Virus record (IMG/VR): IMGVR_UViG_3300021400_000128
Location: 32,001 to 96,000 of that record
Strand: one strand, 5' to 3'
Source of the DNA: a virus
Taxonomy: Duplodnaviria > Caudoviricetes
Length of the DNA: 64,000 bases
A program made the translations under genes and the position numbers. This document shows positions 1 to 12,300 of this stretch, one piece after another; within the stretch, counting starts at the first letter, position 1; each line of letters begins with the position of its first letter. The notes under the pieces were generated by a model, which was not told where the DNA came from, did not search any database, and saw only the letters and a program-made list of their open reading frames with translations.

Positions 1-837
1 ATACGCAGGAGACCCGGCGGGAAGTGTTTCAGTTTCCGCAACAGAAACTTCTCCCTGGTCACCTTTCGGAAGGGTAAAATCAAAAGTCGCATTGAGCGGT
101 GTTCCAACGTTTGTCACTGTTGCTGTTGCACCTTGTTTTACTGTTCCAACCGCAATTGTCGCGGATTGCCCATAATTCACACATTCACTGCAAAGGAAAT
201 CCGTTTTCTGTGAATTTGTATAAACCGATACGAAAACGCCTCGTGTGTTGGTGTATGTAAAGGTCTTTGTCCCGGTAAAATTTCCGCTGTAAGATGACGA
301 CAATACATAATTCGACGCATAGTAGGCAAGCGTTCTGACTTCCGCATAGCAGGCTTTGTTATAAACAGCTCCGTCTTTATAGAGCGTGATCGTGCATGTA
401 CCGTCAGGGGAGGTCGCCATAACAGGTACGACCGTCCAATCATTCCGTCCGCAATTTATAGTATTGGCGCATAAGATTTTTTCCCTAAAGCTGTCCTCAT
501 AAATCGTTACGAAAAACGCTTTCACATTGGTGTATGTAAAGGTGACTGTTCCGGTAATAACCTCACTGTAAGAGCTCTCTGTCCAGATGCTACCATGATA
601 ATAAGCAAGAACTTGCACATAAGCGTAATGTGATTCCTGTGTACATAGAACTCCATCTTTGTATAACCGCATAGTGCATTGTCCATCCGGTGTATCAGTC
701 ATGGTCAATGAAAGCGTCCAAACGATTCCGTCATCACCTTTCGCTCCGGCAGGGCCGGTTCGGCCCGGTACTCCTTTTCCTGTCATGCGGATAATGATCG
801 GATCTTCTTTGATTTTGATGATTGTCTTGTCAGTCAT
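1..837 (-). CDS. Tail fibre/collagen-like protein, truncated by the window edge
   Basis: Not in the ORF track because it runs off the edge. ATG at 837 after GAGGTG. MTDKTIIKIKEDPIIIRMTGKGVPGRTGPAGAKGDDG has G-X-Y repeats, followed by two ~90-aa repeats (PDGxCTxxLYKDG...SSYS...TGTxTFTYTN) and a TNVGTPLNATFDFTLPKGDQG fibre motif. Confidence 0.75.
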   Translation of the reverse strand, partial: MTDKTIIKIKEDPIIIRMTGKGVPGRTGPAGAKGDDGIVWTLSLTMTDTPDGQCTMRLYKDGVLCTQESHYAYVQVLAYYHGSIWTESSYSEVITGTVTFTYTNVKAFFVTIYEDSFREKILCANTINCGRNDWTVVPVMATSPDGTCTITLYKDGAVYNKACYAEVRTLAYYASNYVLSSSYSGNFTGTKTFTYTNTRGVFVSVYTNSQKTDFLCSECVNYGQSATIAVGTVKQGATATVTNVGTPLNATFDFTLPKGDQGEVSVAETETLPAGSPAY

Positions 838-846
838 TTTTCACCT

Positions 847-1737
847 CTAAATCGACTTTGCCACACACCACCATGCGGAACCTTCCCACCAGATAATCAG
901 GTTATACCGCTTGTTTTTTGCGGTCACTGCTTCCCCGACCTGTTTCACCTCTGTTGAGGAAAAAGTCACGCCGGTAAATGACGCGTTGGAAGTGAAATTT
1001 ACACCGAATATCACGCCCCGTGTGGCTTGGGGGAGGGTGATTGCCAATGATCCGATTGCGGTATCGTTTTCATATTCTGTTCCGCTTACTGCTGTCAGGG
1101 AAGTTCCAGAGAAGGTGGTGAAACTCACCGCTTTGTCTACTTCGAGATTCGTTCGCGCATCGGCAGCATTTGACGCGCCTGTACCGCCATTTGCAACTGG
1201 AACCGCCCCGTTTGTGTTTCCTAATCCAAGCGCATTCCGTGCAGCCGCCACGGTCGTTTGTCCTGTCCCACCGTTGGCAATAGGTACAGCCCCGCTTGTG
1301 TTTCCTAAACCTAAAGCATTTCGTGCAGCCGCCACAGTCTTTTGTCCCGTACCGCCGCTTTCAATAGGAATGACACTCTCACCGGATTGGAGAACTTCTT
1401 TCCAAGGGTATATCCATCCGTTGGAATTTCCTGCACGTCTATAGATTTTTCCTGCTCCGCCTGCCGCAGTTGGCTGGGTGAACCATAGTTGCGAAACATT
1501 CTCGAATGCGAACAAGCTAAACAGCATACCGTATTTTGATGGCTGATCGTTCAATTGGTTCGATTCCCTGTAATAACAGCAGATATTCCCCAGCGCAGCC
1601 CATTCGGCAGGCGTATCATTGGCAACACTTGTTATCGGCGCGTTGAATGTGGAAAAGGTCAAAGCGTAATTGACCACTCCTGTAGTAATCTCGCCAAGCC
1701 TCACCTGGTCAACTATATAAGTCGGATTCGATGCCAT
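847..1737 (-). CDS. Tail fibre protein with GGTG-x-AAARNALGL repeats
   Basis: Three GGTGxxTxAxARxxL fibre repeats, an N-terminal knob-like segment, and position in the distal tail module. Confidence 0.8.
   Translation of the reverse strand: MASNPTYIVDQVRLGEITTGVVNYALTFSTFNAPITSVANDTPAEWAALGNICCYYRESNQLNDQPSKYGMLFSLFAFENVSQLWFTQPTAAGGAGKIYRRAGNSNGWIYPWKEVLQSGESVIPIESGGTGQKTVAAARNALGLGNTSGAVPIANGGTGQTTVAAARNALGLGNTNGAVPVANGGTGASNAADARTNLEVDKAVSFTTFSGTSLTAVSGTEYENDTAIGSLAITLPQATRGVIFGVNFTSNASFTGVTFSSTEVKQVGEAVTAKNKRYNLIIWWEGSAWWCVAKSI
1150..1365. repeat. About three 84-bp imperfect tandem repeats in the fibre gene
   Basis: GCATT(C/T)CGTGCAGCCGCCAC and GTGTTTCCTAA recur 84 bp apart, giving a 28-aa repeat. 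Confidence 0.8.
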
Positions 1738-1748
1738 TTTCTTCTCCT

Positions 1749-2096
1749 TTACGCCAGGGCATTTGTTACAGCCTTCTGTACAATGAACTTTCCGCCGATA
1801 TAGTAGTAGACCACACGTTCAGACTCAACATCCTCATACAGTGCGATATCATACTCATAATTTCCGCAAGCAATATTTTTGGTATCTGCAGCACTAAGCA
1901 TGTACCGCACACAAGCTGTCGCGAAGTCAATAGAACAGCGAAAGCTTGCAGTAAGGACACGATCTTCTTTTGTCGGACGAATCTGACCCATCACCTTCAT
2001 TCCGGTCAGGTCAATGGGCTTGTCATCGGCATCAACGACATAAAAGCACTTGTCAAATGTCTCGCCTCTTCGAACTTCATAATCGTATTCGTACAT
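1749..2096 (-). CDS. BppU-like small baseplate/fibre adaptor
   Basis: RRGETF...PIDLTG...GQIR...YEYDI...GKFIV pattern typical of this Ig-like adaptor family. Confidence 0.7.
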   Translation of the reverse strand: MYEYDYEVRRGETFDKCFYVVDADDKPIDLTGMKVMGQIRPTKEDRVLTASFRCSIDFATACVRYMLSAADTKNIACGNYEYDIALYEDVESERVVYYYIGGKFIVQKAVTNALA

Positions 2097-2107
2097 GATT
2101 CCTCCGC

Positions 2108-2848
2108 TTATATTGCTGCTATCTGATAATACAGATAAGACATTTCTGACGCGGTGAGCCAGCGACTATAGAAAGCACCGGCTTGAATACTAAACCTGCC
2201 TAAGTTACCATAAGAACTATTATTGTTTCCAAATAATGGCCCATTCCTATATGTATAACCAATTCTGCCTTGTATCTGCCTTACGGTGCCATTAAAATAT
2301 ATTTCTCCTTCATTTTCTCCATCAATGGGATTCATCCATCCAATATTGTATCCAAAGATACCTGACAAATCATATATGACAGGTTTTGAAGGTATTTTTG
2401 CGCCCCAATGAGCCCATTCATCTCCACTTTCCCATGCCATTTCAAAATTACCACAAATACCACAATCGGCTGAAGAACCACCACCATCCTGAGGATCCAT
2501 GTTGTCGTAAATTACTCCGCGTGCCATTTGTCCAATACCACCAGCTATGTCACTATATCGAATGATTACCGATTTGACAGATGAGATAATACTATTGTTG
2601 TTTAGATTACGTACAGGTCTCAACCCTTCAACAAATGTATATCCTATAGCATTGTCGAATGTTACTGCGCCCGTTTTTGTTAGTGTGTTACCTTGCCCGG
2701 TAAGGTCTGTGAGTGCGGCTGATTCGCTCCCTGCCCCTTTAAATTGATACGCAGCAAGACAATCGGCAGGATCAAAGTTCGGAGGAAGCCACCATCCGCC
2801 GGAACCCATAACAATCGCTCTTTTTTTCCATTCCAGATAACTGCTCAT
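2108..2848 (-). CDS. Putative receptor-binding/LamG-like tail tip protein
   Basis: Start refined to MSSYLEW, with ATGA overlap to the upstream gene. LAAYQFKG...DLTGQGNTL and AFYSRWLTASE resemble a LamG-like fold. Confidence 0.55.
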   Translation of the reverse strand: MSSYLEWKKRAIVMGSGGWWLPPNFDPADCLAAYQFKGAGSESAALTDLTGQGNTLTKTGAVTFDNAIGYTFVEGLRPVRNLNNNSIISSVKSVIIRYSDIAGGIGQMARGVIYDNMDPQDGGGSSADCGICGNFEMAWESGDEWAHWGAKIPSKPVIYDLSGIFGYNIGWMNPIDGENEGEIYFNGTVRQIQGRIGYTYRNGPLFGNNNSSYGNLGRFSIQAGAFYSRWLTASEMSYLYYQIAAI

Positions 2849-3687
2849 AACGCAACTCCTTTTGACGCGCACCAGTATTTTCCGAAACCGCTGTCCCACC
2901 AAATGATTAGGTTATACCGTTTACTATTCATTGTTAAGGAATCTCCGATGACTTTCACGTCTGTATTCGTTCCTCCTTTTCGGAACGTTACTCCTGAAAA
3001 AGAAGCATTTGCCGTGAAACAAACTCCTGTGATAAAGGTGTCATTTGGATTAGAAGGCAAATTGATGATGATTGAATGTAATGCAGTGGCACATCTGTAT
3101 TCGATATCATTCACGCAGTTCACTGTTGCTGTTATTTTATTATCAGGTGTGGTCGTCGTAGAAAAAGTGGTCACGGAATCATTCCCCAGCTTATACACAT
3201 AGCGCATATCCGTAATATCCGCCGGGTAGATATTTGTTGTACCGGCACCGATCGTGATTTTGGCAAGAGCTAATTCATAGGTGCCGCCGGTGTTGGTTAC
3301 AAGTGTAGGAGCTTTCGGACTTGTTGCCTCCGCACCGGTTTTCACATCCAGTTCAACGATTGATTTACTGGTATTCCCATAAGTCACACGCAGCACAACC
3401 AGGTCAATTCTTGGCAGTGAACCATGCTTCGCAATACTGAGTGTTTTTTGTGTAGTCAGCCATACCCGGTGATTATCTACCATCGCCTGGCCGGGACGGA
3501 CATATACACTCATTCCCATACCATCTGTTGGAACATAGACCTCCATCGGAGGTGTTGGTTGGGTTTTCCCATCTGGCTGGGCAAGAACGCCATCCGGGAT
3601 GATACCCCGCCAGTAATTCGCCCAGTTGGATTGTTCCAGACCGTAAATACCGTTGAAAAATCCGTATCGGTCACATTCTATAGCCAT
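2845..3687 (-). CDS. Baseplate/upper fibre protein
   Basis: V.V.PG.A...PRIDLVVLR...YELALAKI...ITDMR motif of siphophage baseplate proteins; follows the Gp37-like gene. Confidence 0.75.
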   Translation of the reverse strand: MAIECDRYGFFNGIYGLEQSNWANYWRGIIPDGVLAQPDGKTQPTPPMEVYVPTDGMGMSVYVRPGQAMVDNHRVWLTTQKTLSIAKHGSLPRIDLVVLRVTYGNTSKSIVELDVKTGAEATSPKAPTLVTNTGGTYELALAKITIGAGTTNIYPADITDMRYVYKLGNDSVTTFSTTTTPDNKITATVNCVNDIEYRCATALHSIIINLPSNPNDTFITGVCFTANASFSGVTFRKGGTNTDVKVIGDSLTMNSKRYNLIIWWDSGFGKYWCASKGVAL

Positions 3688-5073
3688 TTAATGTTCCTCC
3701 TGTACCTTCAGCCTTTTGTCGATCCCGCTCATCATCTCAAATACCTCACTGAAAATGCTTTCTTCAACTTTTCCAATAGTTGGTGATACATTTTCGGTCT
3801 GGTCAACAAACGAAATTGTCACCGTTTCGATAGTTGATGCAAATTCTTTCCCGTCTATAATAACCTTGACCTTATCTCCGCATCGCCAATCCTTCATAAA
3901 CATAAGATCGTCTGTTGGGGCAAGTGTGATTGAATATTTTTCTTTAGCAGCATTATCTTTTAATTGCTGATTCGCTTCTTCTCTTAGTAATTTTTCAGCG
4001 TCCTCTGCTGTTACTGTTTCATCTTCTTCTGTTTCTTCATCATCGTCACAAATCGTGATGTCAGATTTTGAAATGAATTTTTCTATGCGCCCATATTTTT
4101 TGATGCTTTCCGTATCTTCCGCATAAACCCAGACTCTGGTTTCATATTGTTCAGTTTCTGGTGTATTAGGGTCTTTCCATTCTTCTTCCGGTACATCGAT
4201 AACTTCTGTGTAGTCACCGGAACAAACCCATACTGCGTTGAATTTGGGATAAGAACGAGTTACAGACCATTTCGCCACATTACCGAATTCAGGTGAAATG
4301 ACGATCAGCTGATTGTTTACATACGTCTTACTGCTATCCATCCCGGATAAATCTCGTTGAATCGGAATGGTGATTTCTTTCCGTCCTGTGATCGGATCCC
4401 ATACATATTGAGGAAATAAGTTAGCGTTTTTCCCAATTTCATCTAATACTGTATTTAGTGATTTCAGACGATAAGCCGATATTCCCTTTTCCCCTCTATC
4501 CGCAATAGGAATTTTGTCTGCTTCGGATGAATTCGGAAAGTGCATACCGGAAATCTCTCGACCTTTTTGTGTCAAGTTTTTATCAAAGCAGTTCCGCATA
4601 TAATGAATCATGCGGTCATAAGCATATTCTTCAGCTCCTTCTTTCCCACATTTATCGTATGTATCATCGTCAAAAGTCAAATCCTGAAATCCCTTGTTTT
4701 GGTCATAATCAGTCAGGATGATTCGATGATTGAATATTTCACTTTCGTCAACACCATCGACCTGCCATTCGTATGTGTTTGTAAGTACATCTTTGCATTT
4801 AATTTCAGTACTCTTAATAATTCCGGTCATCAAGAGTTCTGCGTTTCTGTAAATCAGTACAGTATCTCCGACTTCAAAAGGACATTTATTGATATTCTTT
4901 CCTTTCAGGCTGAACTTATTTTGTTTAGAAAAGTTCAGTGTCATATTGAGAGAATTGAAATTTTCAATAAGCTCATACCGCTTTCCATAATACTGATCCT
5001 GCTCATAAGGAATCAGAAGATTCGTCCTGTCTCGTTCGGCATAGCGTCTGTAAATATCATAAGTGACGATCAT
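3688..5073 (-). CDS. Siphovirus Gp37-like (Tal/hub) minor tail protein
   Basis: Lies after Dit. GRIEKF and C-terminal FMKDWRCGDKVKV...IETVTI motifs. Confidence 0.75.
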   Translation of the reverse strand: MIVTYDIYRRYAERDRTNLLIPYEQDQYYGKRYELIENFNSLNMTLNFSKQNKFSLKGKNINKCPFEVGDTVLIYRNAELLMTGIIKSTEIKCKDVLTNTYEWQVDGVDESEIFNHRIILTDYDQNKGFQDLTFDDDTYDKCGKEGAEEYAYDRMIHYMRNCFDKNLTQKGREISGMHFPNSSEADKIPIADRGEKGISAYRLKSLNTVLDEIGKNANLFPQYVWDPITGRKEITIPIQRDLSGMDSSKTYVNNQLIVISPEFGNVAKWSVTRSYPKFNAVWVCSGDYTEVIDVPEEEWKDPNTPETEQYETRVWVYAEDTESIKKYGRIEKFISKSDITICDDDEETEEDETVTAEDAEKLLREEANQQLKDNAAKEKYSITLAPTDDLMFMKDWRCGDKVKVIIDGKEFASTIETVTISFVDQTENVSPTIGKVEESIFSEVFEMMSGIDKRLKVQEEH

Positions 5074-6344
5074 AGAATACCGCCCCTTCGCTCTGTATAT
5101 ACAAATTTCAGGAAAGATACCGGTGTTGTCTCGCTGTTATTGAAAGTTACTTTGTTCGTACCATGAGACAGCCACCAGTCCAGCGTAGAATCAGCAGATA
5201 ACCATGGAATCAAGTTTGTAACCGCATTGTTCTTTGCTGTTTTCGTGATTTTCCGCTTCAGCGGCGTTGTGGTGATTTTTATCTGTTCATTTACATCCAA
5301 CACGACCGACACATCAAGTTTAATTTTTCTTCCAGTGCTTTCATTGATCAGTGAGATATTCTTCGCCGGGCCGTTGATGATGATATCCGGATACACCTTA
5401 TCACACTGTATATACAAGCCCTGTTCATTATTGGATTGTGCCGAAGCCATATACAGCGTCATCCTTTTGACGATCGCATAATATTTTGTAAAGGTCTTTC
5501 GTGCTTGATATTTCGTCACGTTATTAATATCAATCGGCCACCATGACACACCGCTTGTAGATTTACCGGTATAAGCAACCGCCTCTGCTTGAGTGTCGAA
5601 AAGTTTTGTTTCCTCAAAGGTTGTGGGCCACCAGTGATTTCCAGGCGCACTCTCCCCGGTCTCGTTGATAGCCTCTGCCTGCGTGTCGCAGATCATCGCA
5701 TGATCCATATAGACAGATTTATCCGGGTCGATCGTATAATACTTTGTCTCGCCGTTGATTTTTACTTCCCACCAATTCTTTCCTGCGGTTGGTTCACCTG
5801 TGATTTGAACAGCTTCAGCTTTTGTATTGTAAAGAATCGCATTATCAAAGACAAGATACCCGCTCCGGTCATCTTGTTTGATGGTGTAGCTGTATTCAAA
5901 TCCATTGTAAAAGTATGGATCAGTTGCCCGAAACGTAAGAGAGAACTTAACACGAGTGCTGTTATCTCTGTTGATAGCATCCAATCCTTTTTCATATACA
6001 CAATTCAGATAGACATAATGATTATCTGCCACACGAATACGGAGCTTTCCCCAATCACCTTCCCGTTGTCCTGTCTGAATCAGGATTGCCTTCACTTCAT
6101 CAAATTTTTCTTCCCAATGCGGTATATCAGGCGGGTCTGCCCAGAAATGACAAACAACCTTCCGTTCTTTTAATGTGATAGACACAACGTCACGAGTGCC
6201 ATCGGCGTAATCATGGTCTTTCAATGATAAAGAAGGAGCTTCAAAACCATCACGTCCCTGTAATTCATGTGCGAAAGTTCCCTCATCGTCATCAAGGATA
6301 GCTTCTTCACCACGTGCATTGATGTAGCTCAATCGAATTGGCAT
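5070..6344 (-). CDS. Distal tail protein (Dit) with internal insertion
   Basis: Directly after the TMP. FSLTFRATDPYFY and LSHGTNKVTF Dit motifs; internal three-copy repeat. Confidence 0.8.
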   Translation of the reverse strand: MPIRLSYINARGEEAILDDDEGTFAHELQGRDGFEAPSLSLKDHDYADGTRDVVSITLKERKVVCHFWADPPDIPHWEEKFDEVKAILIQTGQREGDWGKLRIRVADNHYVYLNCVYEKGLDAINRDNSTRVKFSLTFRATDPYFYNGFEYSYTIKQDDRSGYLVFDNAILYNTKAEAVQITGEPTAGKNWWEVKINGETKYYTIDPDKSVYMDHAMICDTQAEAINETGESAPGNHWWPTTFEETKLFDTQAEAVAYTGKSTSGVSWWPIDINNVTKYQARKTFTKYYAIVKRMTLYMASAQSNNEQGLYIQCDKVYPDIIINGPAKNISLINESTGRKIKLDVSVVLDVNEQIKITTTPLKRKITKTAKNNAVTNLIPWLSADSTLDWWLSHGTNKVTFNNSETTPVSFLKFVYTERRGGIL

Positions 6345-6366
6345 TGTTTTTTATCCTCCTTCCTTT

Positions 6367-9300
6367 TTATCTTGCTAACCATAATTCTCTTCTGACAACA
6401 GATGTCAGTTCATCTTCCACCATTGCCCGGAATGCGTCATCTCCAACGATTGTTCCGAAAGTGGTGTTGATATTCTGACTGTTGTCATTTGTTATCGTGC
6501 CGCCGCCGGAAGAGCCGAGAATACGGTTGTAAGATACGAATTCCGCACTATTCGATAACAGATTCAGGCTGTGGCGTGTCCGCGCGATCTCATCCATGAG
6601 TGTGTTATTGGAGAACACTTGCCATGCTTGAGATGTGTTATTCGTAATAAGCTCAGGCCCATGTTCACCGACAATGGCTGTACCGTATCGGAAGTTGTGA
6701 GTACCACCGGCGGCGGCGGTCGATGGTACATACTTTTTACTGCCACCGCCACCGCCCTTACTGCCACCGCCACCGCCACCATCCATGGAGGCAAGTACCA
6801 TAAGCGCATTTATAACTGCCCAGATTGCATCAGCCCACGCAAGAAAAGCTGTTTCTGCGTCATGTGCAGCACCTTCTAATGCGCGTGTTTTTGCTTCTGC
6901 GGCACTACCAAGTACAATAAATTTCTTTATTGCTTCCTGCCACCTGGAACCGAGCCAAAATTCAGCAAGTTCATTGAATTTCTGCACCGTGGTTGTCATG
7001 GAATCAGCCATTTTCTGAAGAACAGGGTTGAGATTTGAATCAATAATCGGAGCTTGCGCTTCTGCTGCTTTCGCAAATTCTTCAAGTCCGGCAATTAATG
7101 TTGCGCCAACCTCTTCCTCACCAAGTGTACCGAGTTCACCATCTTCGCCAAGCTCACCACCTGTAAGAACGATCATGATTGTGGATATTGCATTTGCCAT
7201 GATTTGCAAAGCATTTCCTAACGCAGTCCAGGAATCAATGATATTTGAATCAAATTCTGTTGTCAGAAACGCAATCAAGCCTTCAAGTAATTCAGGAGAG
7301 AACATTGATAATAAAGCAAGTATTGATTCAACATCTAATCCGCCGAAAAGCAGACCGAAGATTCCCCCCATGCCACCGTCCTCACTGTTCGCGGAAAGTG
7401 CGCTTCCTTCTCCCATCAGTGCGTTCAGTTGAGTAATGACATCCCCGATTATCTGTAATGCGTTCGCAAAATTCATCCATTGTGCTATAACTTCTTCGTT
7501 CAATTCGGCTGTAGCTAATTGATGTAATGCTGTGAAAATTCCGGTAACAGCAGCGCCCCCATCATCGGCTTCACTTAACACAGCCTGGATAGTTGCTACT
7601 GTTGATCCAAGTGTTTCCATTGCTGTGGCAAAGACGAGCCAACTTGCGATGCTGTTTTCATCAAGTTCCGCTTGCGCCATCTGTTGGAGCGTTTGTAAAA
7701 TGCCTGTTATTGCGGCACCGCTATCTGCACCTTCACCGCCTTCGCCTAAAGCTGTTTGGATGGTCGCGATTGCTCCACTAAGAGTTGTTATTGCATTACC
7801 AAAAGTTGTCCAACTGTCCGCCGATTCTTTATCAATTGTGATATTAGATAAATTAGTTAACAAGTTAATAAATTCAGTGGATATTCCACCGGTTTCTGAT
7901 GTACCAAATGCTTGGATCATTGAACCAACAGAGGCTCCAAGAGATGCCATCGAATCAGCAAAATCACTCCAGTTTTGGATGTTAGCTTTATTGAGTTCCG
8001 TTTCGGCAACACCTTTTAGCACGCCAAATTTTTGTTTAACAATATCGATATCTTCACCGAAATTCTTCTGGAATAAACCAACTGCATTACCAAGGCTTGC
8101 GATTACCTTCTGCATTGAATCCCAATTTTCGATTTTTGTTACATCCAGTTCAACATCTGCAAAATTTTTCAGTGCATTCTTCATTTTGTTGAACTTTTTA
8201 ACATCTCCGCCGAAACCGAGTATCAGATTACTCACAGCATTACCAAGTGAGCTGATTACCTTTCCTAATTCCCTCCAATTGCTGATTTGGTCACTGTTCA
8301 ATTCTTTATTAGAGGCAGTTTGTAAAGCTGTGAACAATTTTGTTATTGTTTCGCTGTCATTTCCAAACGAAGATATGAACGATGATATAGAACTACCGAT
8401 ATTTGACATCGTATTTCCAAAATCATTCCAATTCTGAATGTTATCCGTATTCACTTCAAGATCTGAAATGTTCTTCAATGATTCAAATAAACTGTATATA
8501 TCATTTCCTAATTTATTTGAAGCAGGAACTGCCATCGCATTTGGGTCTAATCCAGTAATATTAGCAGTAGAATCGCCGAACATTCCGGTAATTGTTTTTA
8601 ATGAATTACCGAGATCTTTCAACATGGACGAGAAGTCTTTCCAAGCTGAGATATTTTCTTGATTCAGCTCTAATTCAGAGGCTTCTTTCAGGATTTTAAA
8701 GATTCGTTTCGGTACTGTCAGATCTTCACCGAATCCGGTTCTCAGTCCTGTCATTGCAGTTCCGAGTGTAGAAAGGGCTGTTGACATCTTGTGCCATGAC
8801 GATGCTTTTTCTGCGTCGATTTCAATGTTGAATAGCTCTTGAATTGCTCCGATTGTATCTTCGTTTAGGAATTCGCTAAGTCCTTCAAGACCTTGAGCAA
8901 AAAGCTCCGACAAATCGAAATCTTCGCCGAAAAGCGTACCGAGAAGTCCGTTATTTTTCTTTTCTTTGCTTAATCGCTCATATTCTTCAGGATTAAGTTC
9001 TTTTAATCTTGCAAGCTCTTCTTCATATGCTTTTCTCTGTTCTAAATGCTGTTTTTCGTTCCAAGCCTGACGCTCTTCCATTGTCCAGCCTTTAGCTTGT
9101 GATGTTCCTAATGTCAGGTAGTTGTCAAGCCATTGTTGTTTTCTTCCTGGATCTTCAAATACATGCCACCAGTCAACGCCAGCCCATACTCCGCCCTTTC
9201 CGTCAAGCGTGGATTCAACCAACCCTTGCAGCATATCACTGTAATGAGTGGTTAAAATCTGATCTCCACTCGCAAGAGCTTTTTGATATTCAGCAAGCAA

Positions 9301-12300
9301 TTCATCTGCGTATTCTTTTCTTGCTCCTCTTGTTCCGGAATAGGATGCGGATGATGTAGGCTTGTCTCCGTTTGGATTAGCACCTCCACCACCTATATAC
9401 GCGATCTTTTCTTGACCAATCTTTTCTTTGAGTTCATCTAATTCACCGCTAAGAAGACTGAAGAACAATGCTGTCCATTTCGGATTTTCACTTTCTGCTA
9501 CGAACTGTGACAAGAGCTCTGCTGATTCGTCATCGGCCATCACAGAAAAGATACTTTCCAACTTGTCAGCTATAATATCTGAATCGGTGATTTGCTTATT
9601 TTTAACTTCCTCAACGAGTTCGTTGTATTTGTCAAAGGATGCAACATAATCCTGTGCTTCTTTTGTTCCGACATTTTCAATTTGAGCAAAGAAATCGCTG
9701 TTAAAGCCAACAGTATCCATTACTTGCTGAAGCACCGGGCCGAGCGTTTCCATGTAATTTTGTTGTTCGCCGAGTGAATCGTAATAAGCTTGTTCGGTAA
9801 ATCCATTTTTCTCCATCCACAGGGCGATCCCTGCTTCATCTAAACCCTCTGTGCCTTTGGATATTGCGTAAGAATTGGAGAGCAAAAAGTCGGAATACAT
9901 TGAATCAAATCCTTTTTGCATTCCTTCGCTCCATTCATCTTTAAAGGTAGGAGCTGCCATAGCCTGTCCATCTTTTCCACCTGCTGCAACCAATCCAGCT
10001 TCTTCAATTGCAGGAATAAGTGTTGTACTAATGTAATCAGCTATGAATGTCTTATCCACGCCATTAGTGGAAATTGCATTTATATAAGCATCTTGTATAT
10101 CTTGTGGCAGATGTGAGTGGTTGATCGCGGATTCAATGAATTTAGCATATTGCTCTTCTGTCATATTTTTTGTATTGGACAAATCAGTCCAATACTTCAT
10201 GCTTTCGATCCATTTATCCATATGAGCTAAAGGTTGCCCATTAAGTTCATTTTTCAGATCGTTTAATGATTTTGGCAGCTCAGTTTCAATAAATGAACGG
10301 AGCTGACTTTCCATCTGATAATATGTATCAGTATCATCGTAATGTTGTTTAGGAAGTGTAGCTTTAATGCCATTTACTAAATCATATATACTCTGAAACA
10401 GAGCAGCTAAATCTGCTTGTGATGTATTTTGATCGGCAAGCTTATCATTGACTGTGTTTATTTCTTTTTGTGACAATCCAATTTCTTTTAGAATGTCAGA
10501 ATATGTATCCTTGGCTTCTTGAAATTCATCGCCAGTAAGATTACCTTCTTCCAGATCTTTAATTTGACCAAGAACATCAAGTTGATCGATAATCTGTTTT
10601 AATGATTGCTCTGTCTCTTTATCGACATCTTTTGTATCTTTAAAGAAGGAATCATCAGCCTTTTTTCCGAATATCCAAGAGGAAAGACCAGACAATAAAC
10701 CGCCGGATTTTTCTTCATTTGCTGAATTGATGTGCTTACTTACAATATCGTCAATGGTTTTGACGTTTTCGCTTTTTTGTTCTTTTAGTTCGTCGGTTAG
10801 ATTGTTTGTAGATTGCAGTAATTGTTCGTTTCCAGTTTCAAGTGTTACAATAATATCTCTGAGTAAAGCCAGATATGTTTCCTTATCTGTCGCACTATTC
10901 AGAGCATCCATTACTGCTTTTTCTGTTTTATCATCTAAACCAACGCCAACAGAATCATCTAAAAGCCAGTTTGAAACTGATTTCTGAATTGTATCGAGTG
11001 ATGCGTATTCATTATCTTGCGATTTTGTAAGTATATTTTTAAGTTGATCGATTGCATCCTCGTTATATTCTTTATTAGAGCTGATGGAATCCTTGAATTC
11101 CTGTTCAATTGATTCTGTAGCCTTTTGTAACAAGCTTTCCTGTGATTTTGTAAACTCAATCAGTGCCTTTGATTCAGCTTCGTTTTCAGCTGCCGTGCTC
11201 CGTGGCTTTCCGTCTTTGGATTTAGATGATTCTTCCTCAGCTTTCGTATTTGTTTCTGTGGATTGCGTATTACTTTCAACAGCGGCGGTGTTCAGACCTA
11301 ACTGTTCATACAAACCATCAATTTTAGATTGTAAATATGGATCTTCGGCCACATAATCATATTTGGATGCAACATATTTATCCGCGTAATCTCTCCTGGA
11401 TTCAGCAGACTTTTTCATGTTTGGATCATATTTTTCAACAGCACTTTGAATGTCGTTTAATATGCTTTGGGTAAATTCTTCAAATAATGATTCATCCGTT
11501 ACTCCTTGTAACGAGTCATATTCTTTTCGTATCTCTTTCTCAGATTTTGTTGGTAATCCTGTTGTTGGATCAGTATAAGTATTAAAATAATCCAAGTATG
11601 ATAAGTTATTAGCTGCATGAACCTTATCAAGATAATCCATACCATATTCATCTTCAAACGCTTTATAAGTTTTTCCTCTGATTTCCTGTCCATTGCTCAT
11701 AACAACGACATCGCCGTTCAGCAAACCTAACATGTGCTGCCATGCGCTTCTAATTTCTTCAATGAATCCGAGTACCTTATCGCGAATTTCTTTAAATTTT
11801 TGAGCGACCTCTGCTCCGAATATTTTTTCAAGTCCTGCTGAAATATCAACAGAATTGACAACATCACAAATCGTTTCCCAAATTCCTTTGAAGAAGTCAA
11901 CAATTCCGTTTAATAAATCTTCTAAAAATGCACCGAATTTATTCCAGATATGTTCTAAACGCCCAACAAGGTTTTCCCATGCCCATTTGATTTTTTCAGT
12001 ATCACCTGTAACAACACCAATAATGAAAGCACCAAGGGAAACAATAATGTCAAACGGTAAGCGAACAATACTCACAATTAGATCAGCAGCATCTATAACC
12101 GCGGCTAAGATATCATCGATTGCTTTGAATAATCCATTTACCGCTCCAAGAATGATAGTTCCAAGCCAAGTAACCATCGCAGCAATAGCAACGCCCGCAG
12201 GTGCAAGTGTTTCTAATAATTCTTTGAATTTCGGAGCAACATTTGTGATAATACCTTCAACAACACCCTGGATTGAGTTCTTGATCGTGCCAAATACATT

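Noticed and set aside
1-3687. Diversity-generating retroelement or invertible tail-fibre cassette
   Set aside because: There is no reverse transcriptase or invertase, and the repeats do not differ specifically at adenines.
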